Positions 54,956 to 64,000 of a DNA stretch of 64,000 bases are shown here, piece by piece. A program made the position numbers and the translations under genes. The number at the start of each line of letters is the position of its first letter. Positions within the stretch are counted from its first letter, which is position 1. Under the pieces are notes generated by a model that made no database searches, was not told the origin of the DNA, and saw only the letters and a list, made by a program, of their open reading frames with translations. The stretch covers positions 140,897-204,896 of the forward strand of contig PBMB01000017.1 of assembly GCA_002722455.1 (NCBI GenBank), given 5' to 3'. Source of the stretch: Chloroflexota bacterium (GTDB lineage: Bacteria > Chloroflexota > Dehalococcoidia > Lucifugimonadales > GCA-2722455).

Positions 54956-56005
54956 ATGAGAAAATTCAAAGTAATAGATCAGTATAAATTGAAAAATTTT
55001 ATGATAGAAATGTTTCTAGCATTGGGATTTAATAAGAAGCATGCTCGAATTGAGTCAGAAGTACTCTTATGGGCTAATCTTAGGGGAATAGATTCCCATG
55101 GAGTTAGGAGGCTGCCTTTATATGAATCTTGGGTAAATGAAGGTGAAATGCGGCCCAATGCAAAAATTAAGATTTTACGTGAATCAGCTGCTACTACATT
55201 AATTGATGCTGATAAAGCCTTAGGCCCTGTTGCTATGGATTTTTTGATGAGGATTGTAATACAGAAAGCAAAAAACGTTGGGGTTTCTTGGGGTGTTATT
55301 CGTAATAATACCCATGAGGGAGCGTTTGGTTATTATGTCTCAGAGATTACTAATCATGGCATGGTTGGTATTGCGTCAGCAGGAGGTATGCCTAATATGG
55401 CAATGTATGGAGGAGCTTCTGCGGGATTATCAAATTCTCCTTTTGCAATAGGCGTTCCTAATGAAGATGATTTTCCATTAGTACTTGATATGGCAACTAG
55501 TGTTGTAGCGGGAGGTAAAATTGATGCTGCTCGCGAAACTGGAAGTATGATTTCTTCTGAATGGGCTCTTGATTCTAAAGGACAACCTACTAAAGATCCA
55601 TTTCAAGCTCAAACGTATCTACCATTTGGTGGTGCAAAAGGTTCAGGTTTAGCGTTGATGTTAAATATCATGACTAGTCTTTTAGCCAATAATCCCCTAT
55701 TAGCTCCAGTAATACTTGGAAAAGAAAAAAAACATCCTGCCCAGCATAATAGCTTTATTGCTGCATTGGATATAGAAGCATTCCTTTCTTTTGAAGATTA
55801 TAAACAAAACATTAATTCTTTAGTTGATGCATTAAGGCGGACTCGACCGAGTAAAGGATTTGATGGAATTATGTTGCCTGGAGAGCCAGAGATTAGAATT
55901 AAACAAGATAGAGAAGAAAAGGGTGTTCCTTTACCTGAACAAGTTTTTGAAAATCTGAAAACAATGGCTATACGTTTAGGGGTAGATATCAATTTAATTG
56001 AGTAA
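54956..56005 (+). CDS. Ldh_2-family (malate/L-lactate/sulfolactate-type) NAD(P)H-dependent oxidoreductase
   Basis: 349 aa. GIDSHGVRRLP, NNTHEGAFGYY and FGGAKGSGLAL motifs of the Ldh_2 family. Substrate unknown. Confidence 0.8.
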   Translation: MRKFKVIDQYKLKNFMIEMFLALGFNKKHARIESEVLLWANLRGIDSHGVRRLPLYESWVNEGEMRPNAKIKILRESAATTLIDADKALGPVAMDFLMRIVIQKAKNVGVSWGVIRNNTHEGAFGYYVSEITNHGMVGIASAGGMPNMAMYGGASAGLSNSPFAIGVPNEDDFPLVLDMATSVVAGGKIDAARETGSMISSEWALDSKGQPTKDPFQAQTYLPFGGAKGSGLALMLNIMTSLLANNPLLAPVILGKEKKHPAQHNSFIAALDIEAFLSFEDYKQNINSLVDALRRTRPSKGFDGIMLPGEPEIRIKQDREEKGVPLPEQVFENLKTMAIRLGVDINLIE

Positions 56006-56020
56006 TTAAATTATCAAGAA

Positions 56021-56617
56021 TTAAGATAAGTATATAGCTCGAGTAAATTTGAATATAATATTATATATTCGAGATAATAGCGATTCTGAATAATATATTA
56101 TCGTAGCAGTTAGAATGCCCAATATCCATGCGGAGACTATATCGCTGGGGTAATGAACACCAGCATAAATTCTACTTATTCCGAAGATTAATACAAGTAT
56201 AGCCAATGGTAATCCAAAACGGGTGTTTTTGAGCAATATTGTGGTTGCTATTGCCGTTGTTACAGTACAAGAATTAGCCGGGAAAGAGGAATCTGTAGGC
56301 TGATAAAATAAAAGATTTAAATCGAGCGATTCATAAGGACGTTCTCTGAAGTATAAAAGATTACTTGTAAAGATAATGGTATTTGATAAAAGTATACTAA
56401 TTAAGCTGTTTAATACGATTGTTTGAGACTTCATGATATCTATGGTGTTTTTACCGTAGAACCATAAGAATAACAATGTTAAGCATATACACACAGGTAC
56501 AAAATAGTCACTGACAATCCATTTAGCAATATTGTCTAGGAATATAAAAGTACCGACTTTAGCATTTAACCACAATATGATAGATTCATCTATTTTTGTA
56601 ATTGTTTCGAAGTACAT
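56021..56617 (-). CDS. PAP2-superfamily membrane phosphatase-like protein (BcrC/PgpB-like) with degenerate C1/C2 motifs
   Basis: 198 aa and polytopic. C3 motif SRIYAGVHYPSD is intact. C1 reads N-x6-RP (NLLYFRERP) and C2 reads PANS instead of PSGH. Confidence 0.65.
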   Translation of the reverse strand: MYFETITKIDESIILWLNAKVGTFIFLDNIAKWIVSDYFVPVCICLTLLFLWFYGKNTIDIMKSQTIVLNSLISILLSNTIIFTSNLLYFRERPYESLDLNLLFYQPTDSSFPANSCTVTTAIATTILLKNTRFGLPLAILVLIFGISRIYAGVHYPSDIVSAWILGILTATIIYYSESLLSRIYNIIFKFTRAIYLS

Positions 56618-57032
56618 TTTTAATAAGGTTATAGTATGTGCTGTTTTTTAAAGAATGAAGTTCTCCAGGTAAATTATGGTTTGTATCAAACAATTTTTTA
56701 TTAACTAAAGAAGAGACTGATAATGTAGTTATGGTAGCTAATACAGCTCCAATTAAAAAGAATACAGCTTGATCATTAGCATCAAGACCTCCGGCATAAT
56801 CATTAATGTTTCTATTAGTTTTTGCAAAAAACCATAGTACAGGGGATATTACTAAAAGTGCAGCTATAGATTTAGCTAAATTTAAGTTACGGATTAATAT
56901 TATCCCGGTTAATTGTGAAGATATAGCAGCTAACTGAATGATACCAATTGAGGAGAAAAACACCATCAAAATATAGTCTACTGCATAAGATGGACTTATG
57001 TTTTGAAATTCTGAGAATAGAGGAATAGTCAT
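56586..57032 (-). CDS. Hypothetical integral membrane protein
   Basis: About 148 aa from the ATG at 57032, which forms an ATGA overlap with the ilvE stop. 3-4 hydrophobic segments. No family recognised. Confidence 0.5.
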   Translation of the reverse strand: MTIPLFSEFQNISPSYAVDYILMVFFSSIGIIQLAAISSQLTGIILIRNLNLAKSIAALLVISPVLWFFAKTNRNINDYAGGLDANDQAVFFLIGAVLATITTLSVSSLVNKKLFDTNHNLPGELHSLKNSTYYNLIKNVLRNNYKNR

Positions 57033-57955
57033 GATATTTGGACAGAAGTACACCAGTCCAAATATTTAGAGTTGTTGCCGCGTACGATATCAGAATAGAG
57101 GCTTTGTATTTTCGTAGTAATTTCCCCTGTATCTCCAGTACCTATTGTTCGTTTATCTAATTGTCCTACTGGCGTTATGTGTGCAGCAGTACCTGTTAAA
57201 AAAACTTCATCAGCTAAATAAAGTTCACTTCGGAAAATAGTTTTTTCTTTAATTTGAATACCGAGCTCTTGTTTTGCAATTTCAAACACACAATTCCTGG
57301 TAATTCCATCTAAATTATTATCAGATAAAGGAGGAGTTGTTATTTCACCATCATTGACTATAAATAGATTTTCTCCTGATCCTTCAGAAACAGACCCGCT
57401 TTGGTTTAAGATAATTGCTTCATCAAATCCTGCTAACACTGCTTCAGTTTTAGCCAAAATACTGTTCACATAATTGCCGGAAATTTTAACTCTTGGCGGT
57501 ATGTTAGTATCATCTAATCGTCTCCATGATGATGTACAGCAATTGATTGCTCTACTCGAATCAATATAATCACCAAATGGAATAATCATTAGCGCAAAAT
57601 CATTTTCTAGTTCAGGTAGTTTTAAATTTGCTATTTTCTCAGCACTTTTATATGCAATCGGGCGAATGTAAACATCTTGCTTATATCCAGATTTATGGAC
57701 TAAATCAGTGGTAATGTTACACAATTCATCCACATCATAGGGTATATCTATTAAGAGAATACGAGTTCCACGTATTAAACGTTCATAATGTTCTCTTAAT
57801 CTAAAAATAATCATCGAGTCATTTGTTGTGTTCCAGTTACCTCTAATACCTTCAAATACAGCTGTTCCATAATGTAATGCGTGTGTTTGTATATTAACGT
57901 TCGCATTTTTTATATCAACAAGATCACCTTTAAAGAATGCGAGTGGCTTTGACAT
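57029..57955 (-). CDS. ilvE: Branched-chain amino acid aminotransferase (fold type IV)
   Basis: 308 aa. HALHYGTAVFEGIR, an IRP...K region and the EGSGENLF motif typical of IlvE. Confidence 0.9.
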   Translation of the reverse strand: MSKPLAFFKGDLVDIKNANVNIQTHALHYGTAVFEGIRGNWNTTNDSMIIFRLREHYERLIRGTRILLIDIPYDVDELCNITTDLVHKSGYKQDVYIRPIAYKSAEKIANLKLPELENDFALMIIPFGDYIDSSRAINCCTSSWRRLDDTNIPPRVKISGNYVNSILAKTEAVLAGFDEAIILNQSGSVSEGSGENLFIVNDGEITTPPLSDNNLDGITRNCVFEIAKQELGIQIKEKTIFRSELYLADEVFLTGTAAHITPVGQLDKRTIGTGDTGEITTKIQSLYSDIVRGNNSKYLDWCTSVQIS

Positions 57956-58031
57956 AATTATTCTCCTAAATTTTAATTTCGCTAATTATAAACAAACTAT
58001 TGAATCTAAACAAATTCTATATGAAAACAAT

Positions 58032-59288
58032 TCATCTTATCTCTGCCCAGTCAAAAATTTCAACTGAGATTTTTTCTCCAGGCACCATATGTGAAGAAGT
58101 TTCAGGACAAGTTGCTAATCCATTTGCATTAACTACAGTACTCATTAAGTTAGATCCTTGACCTCCAGCTAATTTTGCAAAATACTGATTGTTTTTCTTG
58201 TAGACTAATACTCTAGCAAAAATTCGTCTATTATCTTTGTTTATTATTTTGTCTTCAAGTATAGCAACTATATTTTGTTTTGTCGCAACAGATTTATTCA
58301 TCATTTTATAGATGGCAGGTTTTCCAAATTTATGAAATCCGATTAAAGCACTGACGGGGTTTCCTGGTAGACCAAGTAGAGGTACCGGCAGTTGGTTTTT
58401 TCTATTAATTATTCCAAATGCAAGTGGTTTTGCTGGCTTCATTCTTACTGACCAAAAATGTATATCACCAAAATCAGATAGTACTTTTTTAACCAAGTCA
58501 TACTCGCCCTTAGATACTCCTGCAGAAGTTATGATCATATCTGCAGTTAATCCTTGTTTAATTTTGGCGGAAATATCTTTTATGTCATCTTGTGCTATAC
58601 CTAATTGTTTAGGGATACCTCCACATGATTTAACATATGCAGATATAGCTAGTTGATTACTATCGTAAATTTTACTTTCTGAAAGATTTGAACCGGACTC
58701 AATTAGTTCGCTTCCGGTAGAAATTATTGCAACAATTGGTTTTTTTGTGACAGAAATTGACTTAACACCGATAGAACTTAAAAGCCCTATTATAGGAGGA
58801 GTTACAACAGTTCCTTTAGACACAATTAATTGTCCAGAAGAAATATCTTCTCCAGCAGAACGGATGTATTGCCCAGAATCTACTTTTTTAAAAATTTTAA
58901 TTGTTTTTAGCGGAAGGTTTTTAGATAAAAGTTCTGTTTCGTTGGTATTTTCGAATGGAACCACTGCATCTGCTCCATTCGGAATTGGTGCTCCAGTCAT
59001 TATACGAATGGCAGTAGTAGGAGATACGTTATCTTTAGGTGTTTCACCGGCACCAACAGTTTCTAGAACAGATAGAATTGTAGGAGTTTGTGGAGAGGAC
59101 TTAGTACAAGAATTTGAGTTTATTGCATATCCATCCATCGCTGAATTTTTGAATGATGGAACATCAATTTTACTAGTTATATTTTCAGCAACAACTTGCC
59201 CAAGAGTATTTAGGATAGACATCCTGGAGGATGGTAATGGATTGAAAGCTGAAAGTATTGTGCTAAGGGCTTCTTCTACAGTAATCAT
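58032..59288 (-). CDS. moeA: Molybdopterin molybdenumtransferase
   Basis: 418 aa. MoeA layout (SAMDGYA, IMTGAPIP, STGSEL, GVSKGEYD, PGNPVSA). Confidence 0.9.
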   Translation of the reverse strand: MITVEEALSTILSAFNPLPSSRMSILNTLGQVVAENITSKIDVPSFKNSAMDGYAINSNSCTKSSPQTPTILSVLETVGAGETPKDNVSPTTAIRIMTGAPIPNGADAVVPFENTNETELLSKNLPLKTIKIFKKVDSGQYIRSAGEDISSGQLIVSKGTVVTPPIIGLLSSIGVKSISVTKKPIVAIISTGSELIESGSNLSESKIYDSNQLAISAYVKSCGGIPKQLGIAQDDIKDISAKIKQGLTADMIITSAGVSKGEYDLVKKVLSDFGDIHFWSVRMKPAKPLAFGIINRKNQLPVPLLGLPGNPVSALIGFHKFGKPAIYKMMNKSVATKQNIVAILEDKIINKDNRRIFARVLVYKKNNQYFAKLAGGQGSNLMSTVVNANGLATCPETSSHMVPGEKISVEIFDWAEIR

Positions 59289-59314
59289 GAGTTATATATT
59301 GTCGGTGTTCTTTA

Positions 59315-61759
59315 TTATGGATTTAACTCTCTTAACTCAGCATTGAATTCAGAGGTAATTTTTTCAATAAGCAAATTTTGGATATTGTTGATTTTTTCAG
59401 TTTTTAATGTTTCAGTTGAGGACTGAAATCTTACTCTAAAAGTAATGGCTTTTTTACCAGCTGGAAGTTCTGTTCCTTTGTAAATATCAATAGGAAGTGC
59501 AGAAATTACTAAGTCATTACTTTCTAGTATTTCAGATATAGATTGTGAGAAAATATTTTGATTAACAATAAAAGAAAGATCGCGATTAGCTGTAGGAAAA
59601 CGACTTTTAGAAATGTAGGAAGTATTTAATTCTTCAAGTTGTAGGGTTGATATTTGATCGACATCTAATTCAAAAAAGATAACATTCTGGTTATCGGGTA
59701 ATTCAAAAAATTGTAAGATACTACTAGACACTTCTCCCAAAAAGCCTATTTTTTGATTTTTTATCATTAATGAGACAGATCTACCCGGGTTTGTAATAGA
59801 GGTTGTATCTTTTTTAAAAATTATAGGCAATTTTAATTCACTAAACATAGATTCAATTAATCCTTTGCCATCAAAAAAATCAAATTGATTTGAATTAGCT
59901 AGCCAAGTTTCATTTAATCGGGTTCCAGATAAGACTCCTGTTAATAAAACCTTTTCTACAGGCAATTCCGTAGGAGTTGTATTAGAAATATATGTACGCC
60001 CTATTTCAAATAGGCGCATAGGATCAGTGTGGAAAAACCTTCTATTTTTAGATAGTATTTTAAGAATTGAAGAGCGTAAATCTGTCCGTAGGTACTGTAA
60101 ATTGTCATTCATAGGATTTGATACTTTTAATGGGCTGTGTTGTTTAAGGGATCCTGTTGCTTCCAATTCCGATATAGACACTAGAGGATAAGTAAGAATT
60201 TCATTCATTCCAATGCCAACAAGTACATCTTTTAATTTATCTACCAATAGTAATTTTTTGTCTTTAGAGTGATGTGGTATTGCAGAAGCCAATGGTGTTG
60301 TTGGAATTGAGTCGTATCCAATAATTCGAGCAAGTTCTTCAATTACATCTTCTTGAATTTTAATATCTGAACGCCAATATGGGACTGTAAATGTTAGATT
60401 AGTTGCACCTTTAAGTTCTTTTTCAGAGTAATTATGAGAAAAGCCTAATGATAACAATGTTTTTTGAATAGATGATTTTGATATAGTTGTACCTAATACT
60501 TGTTTAATACGTTTAGTAGAAACAGAGACTGTTTGTTTATTTATTTTTTTTGGCATTACATCAATTACTCCTTTGTGAATTTCTGCGCCAGTTAATTCAA
60601 ATATTAGTTGAGTAGCTCGATGTAATGCCTTTTCTACAAGTTCTGGTCGCAAGTTTCTTTCGAACCTATAGGACGCTTCTGTGTTCTGATTTAATTTACT
60701 CCTAGTTTGTCTAATATTTGTGTAATTGAAATTAGCTGCTTCTAGAAGTATGGATGTTGTTTTACTATTAACAGCAGTTCGAGTGCCCCCTATAATCCCA
60801 GCTAATGCAATTGGCCCCTTTGTGTCAGATATGGTTAACATTGAATTGTCTAAAGCTAGAGTTTCTTCATCAAGAGTATGTATTTGCTCTCCTTTAGTGC
60901 TTTTACGAATTAAAACGGTTTGGTTTTCAATTAAATCAAAATCAAATGCATGTAAAGGCTGGCCGTATTCTAGCATTACGAAATTCGTTATATCTACAAT
61001 GTTATTAATTGAACGATGTCCAGCTTTATTTAGGTATTGCTTTAACCATGGAGGTGATTCTTTGATTTTAACTCCTTTGATTAATTTTGCAGCATATCTT
61101 GAACATAAATCAGGATCTTTTATTTCAATAGAAACTAAATCATTGATTGATGTAGTAATTTCTGTATATTTTAAATCAGGCTCTTTTATTTTTTGATTGC
61201 ATAACGCGGCAACTTCCCTAGCAATTCCAAGTATAGATAGACAATCTGGACGATTCGGGGTAATGCTAGCATTAAATATGGTGTCAGAAAGATATTCTTT
61301 TGCAGATTGTCCTATTTTAGCGTCTGCTCCGAGTACTAAAATTCCGTCATGATCTGTTCCAATACCAAGTTCTATTTCTGAGCAAATCATTCCAAAGGAA
61401 GGCACTCCTCGAATAGTAGTTTCTTTAAGTGGTTGATATTTATTATTTTTAGGATTAAATAGTTTAGTACCAGGAAGGGCTACTACTACCAATTGATCTT
61501 TTTTTAAATTAGGTGCACCACAAATTATAGATAATTCTTTACTCTCATCAATTTTGGTGTCAGCAATAGATAAGCGATCAGCATTTGGGTGTTTTTTGAT
61601 ATTTATTACTTTTCCAATTATTAAATTCGAATCAAGATTATTTCCAATAGATTTAATTTCATCTATTTCAACGCCAGCCATAGTTAGAAGATGTGCAATT
61701 TCTGAAGGCGAAGAGTTGGTTTCTACATATTTTTTTAACCAAGAAAATGGTACTAGCAT
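59315..61759 (-). CDS. pheT: Phenylalanyl-tRNA synthetase beta subunit
   Basis: 814 aa. N-terminal tRNA-binding domain (KHPNADRL), B3/4 and B5 domains, and a C-terminal FDX-ACB-like domain. Confidence 0.95.
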   Translation of the reverse strand: MLVPFSWLKKYVETNSSPSEIAHLLTMAGVEIDEIKSIGNNLDSNLIIGKVINIKKHPNADRLSIADTKIDESKELSIICGAPNLKKDQLVVVALPGTKLFNPKNNKYQPLKETTIRGVPSFGMICSEIELGIGTDHDGILVLGADAKIGQSAKEYLSDTIFNASITPNRPDCLSILGIAREVAALCNQKIKEPDLKYTEITTSINDLVSIEIKDPDLCSRYAAKLIKGVKIKESPPWLKQYLNKAGHRSINNIVDITNFVMLEYGQPLHAFDFDLIENQTVLIRKSTKGEQIHTLDEETLALDNSMLTISDTKGPIALAGIIGGTRTAVNSKTTSILLEAANFNYTNIRQTRSKLNQNTEASYRFERNLRPELVEKALHRATQLIFELTGAEIHKGVIDVMPKKINKQTVSVSTKRIKQVLGTTISKSSIQKTLLSLGFSHNYSEKELKGATNLTFTVPYWRSDIKIQEDVIEELARIIGYDSIPTTPLASAIPHHSKDKKLLLVDKLKDVLVGIGMNEILTYPLVSISELEATGSLKQHSPLKVSNPMNDNLQYLRTDLRSSILKILSKNRRFFHTDPMRLFEIGRTYISNTTPTELPVEKVLLTGVLSGTRLNETWLANSNQFDFFDGKGLIESMFSELKLPIIFKKDTTSITNPGRSVSLMIKNQKIGFLGEVSSSILQFFELPDNQNVIFFELDVDQISTLQLEELNTSYISKSRFPTANRDLSFIVNQNIFSQSISEILESNDLVISALPIDIYKGTELPAGKKAITFRVRFQSSTETLKTEKINNIQNLLIEKITSEFNAELRELNP

Positions 61760-61822
61760 TGAAATTCTTTCTTTAAAAGATAGTTTGTATTATTTGAGTA
61801 TTTTTTAGAATATGTCTTCATA

Positions 61823-62884
61823 TTAAAACTGGGTTAAGAAATTAAGATTATTTGAGTAAAATAATCGGATGTCATCTATACCGTATTTAAGCATGGCAAT
61901 TCTTTCAACACCCATCCCAAATGCAAACCCAGTATAAATATCTGGGTCATACCCTACTGCACGAAGAACATTAGGGTGAACCATGCCAGCACCGAGAATT
62001 TCAATCCAATCTTCATTTCTTCCTTTAATGGGTCTATGTCCGGAAGAGTTTTTGAAATTAGAAATTGACATGTCAACGCCAGGTTCAACAAAAGGAAAAA
62101 AATCACATCGGAATCGAATTTGACGACCTTCTCCGAAAATTTTTTGTGCAAATTCATAAAGAGTTCCTTTCAAATCGGCAAAAGTAATACCTTTATCAAT
62201 AGCTAATCCTTCTATTTGGTAAAAATGCCATTCGTGAGTAGCATCAGTTGCTTCGTAGCGATAACATTTCCCAGGGACTATAATTCGGATTGGTGGTTTA
62301 GTATTTTCCATAATTCGTACTTGCATTGGTGAAGTATGAGTTCTAAGTAACATAGATTCATATTTTTGGGTATCAGTTCCTTCGATCCATATAGAATTCC
62401 ACATGTCTCTAGCTGGATGGTTTTGTGGAATATTTAACATACCAAAATTATAATGATCGAATTCTACTTCAGGCCCTTCGGTTGACTGAAATCCTAGGGA
62501 TTGGAAAGTATCGGATATCTCTTTAATCATTTGAGTTGTTATGTGGAGAGAACCCTTAGGGAATGGCCACCCTGGAAGAGTAATGTCTATTTGGTTAGTA
62601 TTTGTTTTGGAGGATGCACTTAAGTTTTTTGTAGAATTTTTTCTTTCTACAAAAATAGCATTGAGGTTGTTTTTAATTTGGTTGACTTTAGCACCGAAAG
62701 TACGACGTTCTGATGGGGCTATTTGAGGGATAGATTTTAATAGTTGAGTTATGATACCTTTTCTACCCAAATATTTAATTCGCCATTCTTCGAGTGAGTC
62801 AGTTTGTGATATAGCGTTTAGAGACTCAATGGCTTGAGAATTAATAATTTTAAGTGTCTCTAAATTAGGTGTTTCGTTTTCCAT
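61823..62884 (-). CDS. pheS: Phenylalanyl-tRNA synthetase alpha subunit
   Basis: 353 aa. Class II motifs (HPARDMW, LLRTHTSPMQ, FRCDFFPFVEPG, GAGMVHPNVL, AFGMGVERIAM). Confidence 0.95.
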   Translation of the reverse strand: MENETPNLETLKIINSQAIESLNAISQTDSLEEWRIKYLGRKGIITQLLKSIPQIAPSERRTFGAKVNQIKNNLNAIFVERKNSTKNLSASSKTNTNQIDITLPGWPFPKGSLHITTQMIKEISDTFQSLGFQSTEGPEVEFDHYNFGMLNIPQNHPARDMWNSIWIEGTDTQKYESMLLRTHTSPMQVRIMENTKPPIRIIVPGKCYRYEATDATHEWHFYQIEGLAIDKGITFADLKGTLYEFAQKIFGEGRQIRFRCDFFPFVEPGVDMSISNFKNSSGHRPIKGRNEDWIEILGAGMVHPNVLRAVGYDPDIYTGFAFGMGVERIAMLKYGIDDIRLFYSNNLNFLTQF

Positions 62885-63106
62885 AAAAGAAAAAACCCAT
62901 TCTTTTAAAAAGTTTAATTAATATTTGGATGTAATGGCGATTATATGATTCGATAAGTGTATGGGTCAAGCAATATATGCTTAGTAGTTCGTATTATTTT
63001 CCTAGATATCATTGGTGGAGATTCAGGAAAGTTGTTACAATAGTAACCTATTATAAAATATAAAACGGAATGATTTTTAACAGTTTATTCCCTGCAGGTG
63101 CTAATA

Positions 63107-64000
63107 ATGCCAAAGAGACCAGAAGATTTAAATGCAATAAAAGATATTAGGATTGAAGATGGTTTGGGTGGATTATTAACATGGATTAATAAAGCTAGTG
63201 CTATTAGAAAAGGACCGGGAATTGGAGAAATCGATATTGGGTATTTTGCTAACGTTATTCGTCTTTCTTCGGATATTAGCATTGCTTTATCTACGGATGG
63301 AGTTGGCTCAAAAGTTATTCTTGCACAGATGATGGGAAGATACGATACGATTGGTATTGATTGTGTCGCAATGAATGTAAATGATGTCTTGTGTGTTGGG
63401 GCAGAACCAATATCTTTTTTGGATGCTATTAGTGTAGAAAACATTGATGCTATTAGTTTAGGAGAAATAGGAGAAGGACTTTATTCCGGAGCTAAACAAG
63501 CCGATGTAAATATAGTTGGTGGGGAAATAGCTCAAATGCCCGATGTTATACAAGGATTTTCACATGGTACTGGAATTGATATCATTGGGACATGTATAGG
63601 AATCTTACCTCCAAATGATGTCAATATTGGGCAAAATGTCAAAGAAGGAGATGTTTTAATTGGTATACGTAGTAGCGGATTACATTCTAATGGTTTTACC
63701 TTAGCAAGAAAGATTCTTTTTAGTGATTCGAAGCTTGATTTGAATTATACTTTTCATAATGGGTTATCTTTAGGAGATGTTCTTTTAGAACCAACTATCA
63801 TATATACCGATTTGGTCAAAGAACTAAAATTGAATAATATTAATGTAAAAGCTTATTCAAATATTACTGGTTCAGGACTTTTTAATATCGTTCGTATTAA
63901 TTCACCGTTTGGATATACCATTGAATCTTTTCCCGAAATACCTCCTGTTTTTTCTTTAATTCAGGAATTAGGACAACTTGATTTTGCAGAAATGTTTAGA
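63107..64000 (+). CDS. purM: Phosphoribosylformylglycinamidine cyclo-ligase (AIR synthetase), N-terminal 298 codons (3' end outside the window)
   Basis: Not in the supplied ORF track because there is no stop in the window. Hand translation from ATG 63107 gives ...LSTDGVGSKV..., DCVAMNVNDVLCVGAEP, GGEIAQMP and SSGLHSNGFTLARK. The frame is open to base 64000. Confidence 0.9.
   Translation, partial: MPKRPEDLNAIKDIRIEDGLGGLLTWINKASAIRKGPGIGEIDIGYFANVIRLSSDISIALSTDGVGSKVILAQMMGRYDTIGIDCVAMNVNDVLCVGAEPISFLDAISVENIDAISLGEIGEGLYSGAKQADVNIVGGEIAQMPDVIQGFSHGTGIDIIGTCIGILPPNDVNIGQNVKEGDVLIGIRSSGLHSNGFTLARKILFSDSKLDLNYTFHNGLSLGDVLLEPTIIYTDLVKELKLNNINVKAYSNITGSGLFNIVRINSPFGYTIESFPEIPPVFSLIQELGQLDFAEMFR

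Noticed and set aside
63085-63444. Listed 119-aa minus-strand ORF, and many similar listed ORFs, for example 45145..45588, 58747..59346, 29563..29919, 12956..13291, 10031..10465 and 60726..61196.
   Set aside because: Each lies antisense to, or out of frame within, a long gene with clear family motifs (purM, ssb, moeA, plsX, pyrE, the YYY protein, pheT). Their translations are low-complexity with no recognisable motifs. They are treated as shadow ORFs.
1-64000. Apparent GC-content difference between the first ~35 kb (sampled lines ~40-50% GC in carB, fabF, uvrA) and the last ~28 kb (sampled lines ~28-37% in pheT, ilvE, lysS), which might indicate a chimeric contig or an island.
   Set aside because: This rests on about 15 hand-counted 60-nt samples. 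Low values also occur in the first part (sbcC ~28%), and the variation tracks protein type: coiled-coil or poorly conserved versus highly conserved enzymes. A sliding-window GC/tetranucleotide plot and read-pair check would be needed before claiming anything.
1-64000. Search for CRISPR arrays, IS elements, prophage genes, restriction-modification, toxin-antitoxin or known defence-system genes.
   Set aside because: None seen. There are no regularly spaced repeats, no transposase/integrase-like ORFs, and every long ORF is accounted for by housekeeping or metabolic families or small orphan membrane proteins.

Overview
This 64-kb window is very gene-dense: about 59 protein genes and one tRNA, with spacers mostly under 200 bp and many 1-8 nt start/stop overlaps. 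It is low-GC and reads as core chromosome of a streamlined bacterium. My best taxonomic guess is a marine Chloroflexota (Dehalococcoidia/SAR202-like) organism. That guess rests on a giant DUF2298 / chlor_Arch_YYY membrane protein, a PyrR-type pyr operon, FabL, a luciferase-like monooxygenase and GGAGG-type ribosome binding sites, and it is inference only. The content falls into these groups:
- DNA repair and replication: sbcC (partial), uvrA, dnaA, ssb.
- Pyrimidine block: pyrR-pyrB-pyrC-carA-carB, then dnaA, then obg-nadD-pyrE.
- Folate/C1 genes: folC, metF, folD, ygfZ.
- Type II fatty-acid synthesis cluster: fabF, three small coupled ORFs including a split MaoC/hotdog pair, plsX, fabG, fabL, and fabI nearby.
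- Four aminoacyl-tRNA synthetase genes: ileS, lysS, pheS, pheT.
- Cofactor genes: coaD, acpS, nnr, ubiE, moeA, queA.
- Ribosomal proteins S21 and S6, tRNA-Pro(UGG), a phosphonoacetate-hydrolase-like gene next to an LLM monooxygenase, and purM (partial, missing from the ORF track).
I found no CRISPR array, transposase, integrase, phage gene, toxin-antitoxin pair or recognisable defence gene, and no convincing novel multi-gene system. The most interesting leads are:
- an oriC-like repeat module with a non-canonical 9-mer at the 3' end of dnaA;
- dnaA-obg-nadD nested inside the pyr gene array;
- a translationally coupled orphan plus HadAB-like split dehydratase in the FAS cluster;
- a phnA/LLM module beside tRNA-Pro;
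- a pyrC N-terminus with no in-frame start codon next to a T4A6 run;
- a candidate PyrR attenuator behind a near-consensus promoter.
All family assignments come from motif recognition by eye, not from database searches.
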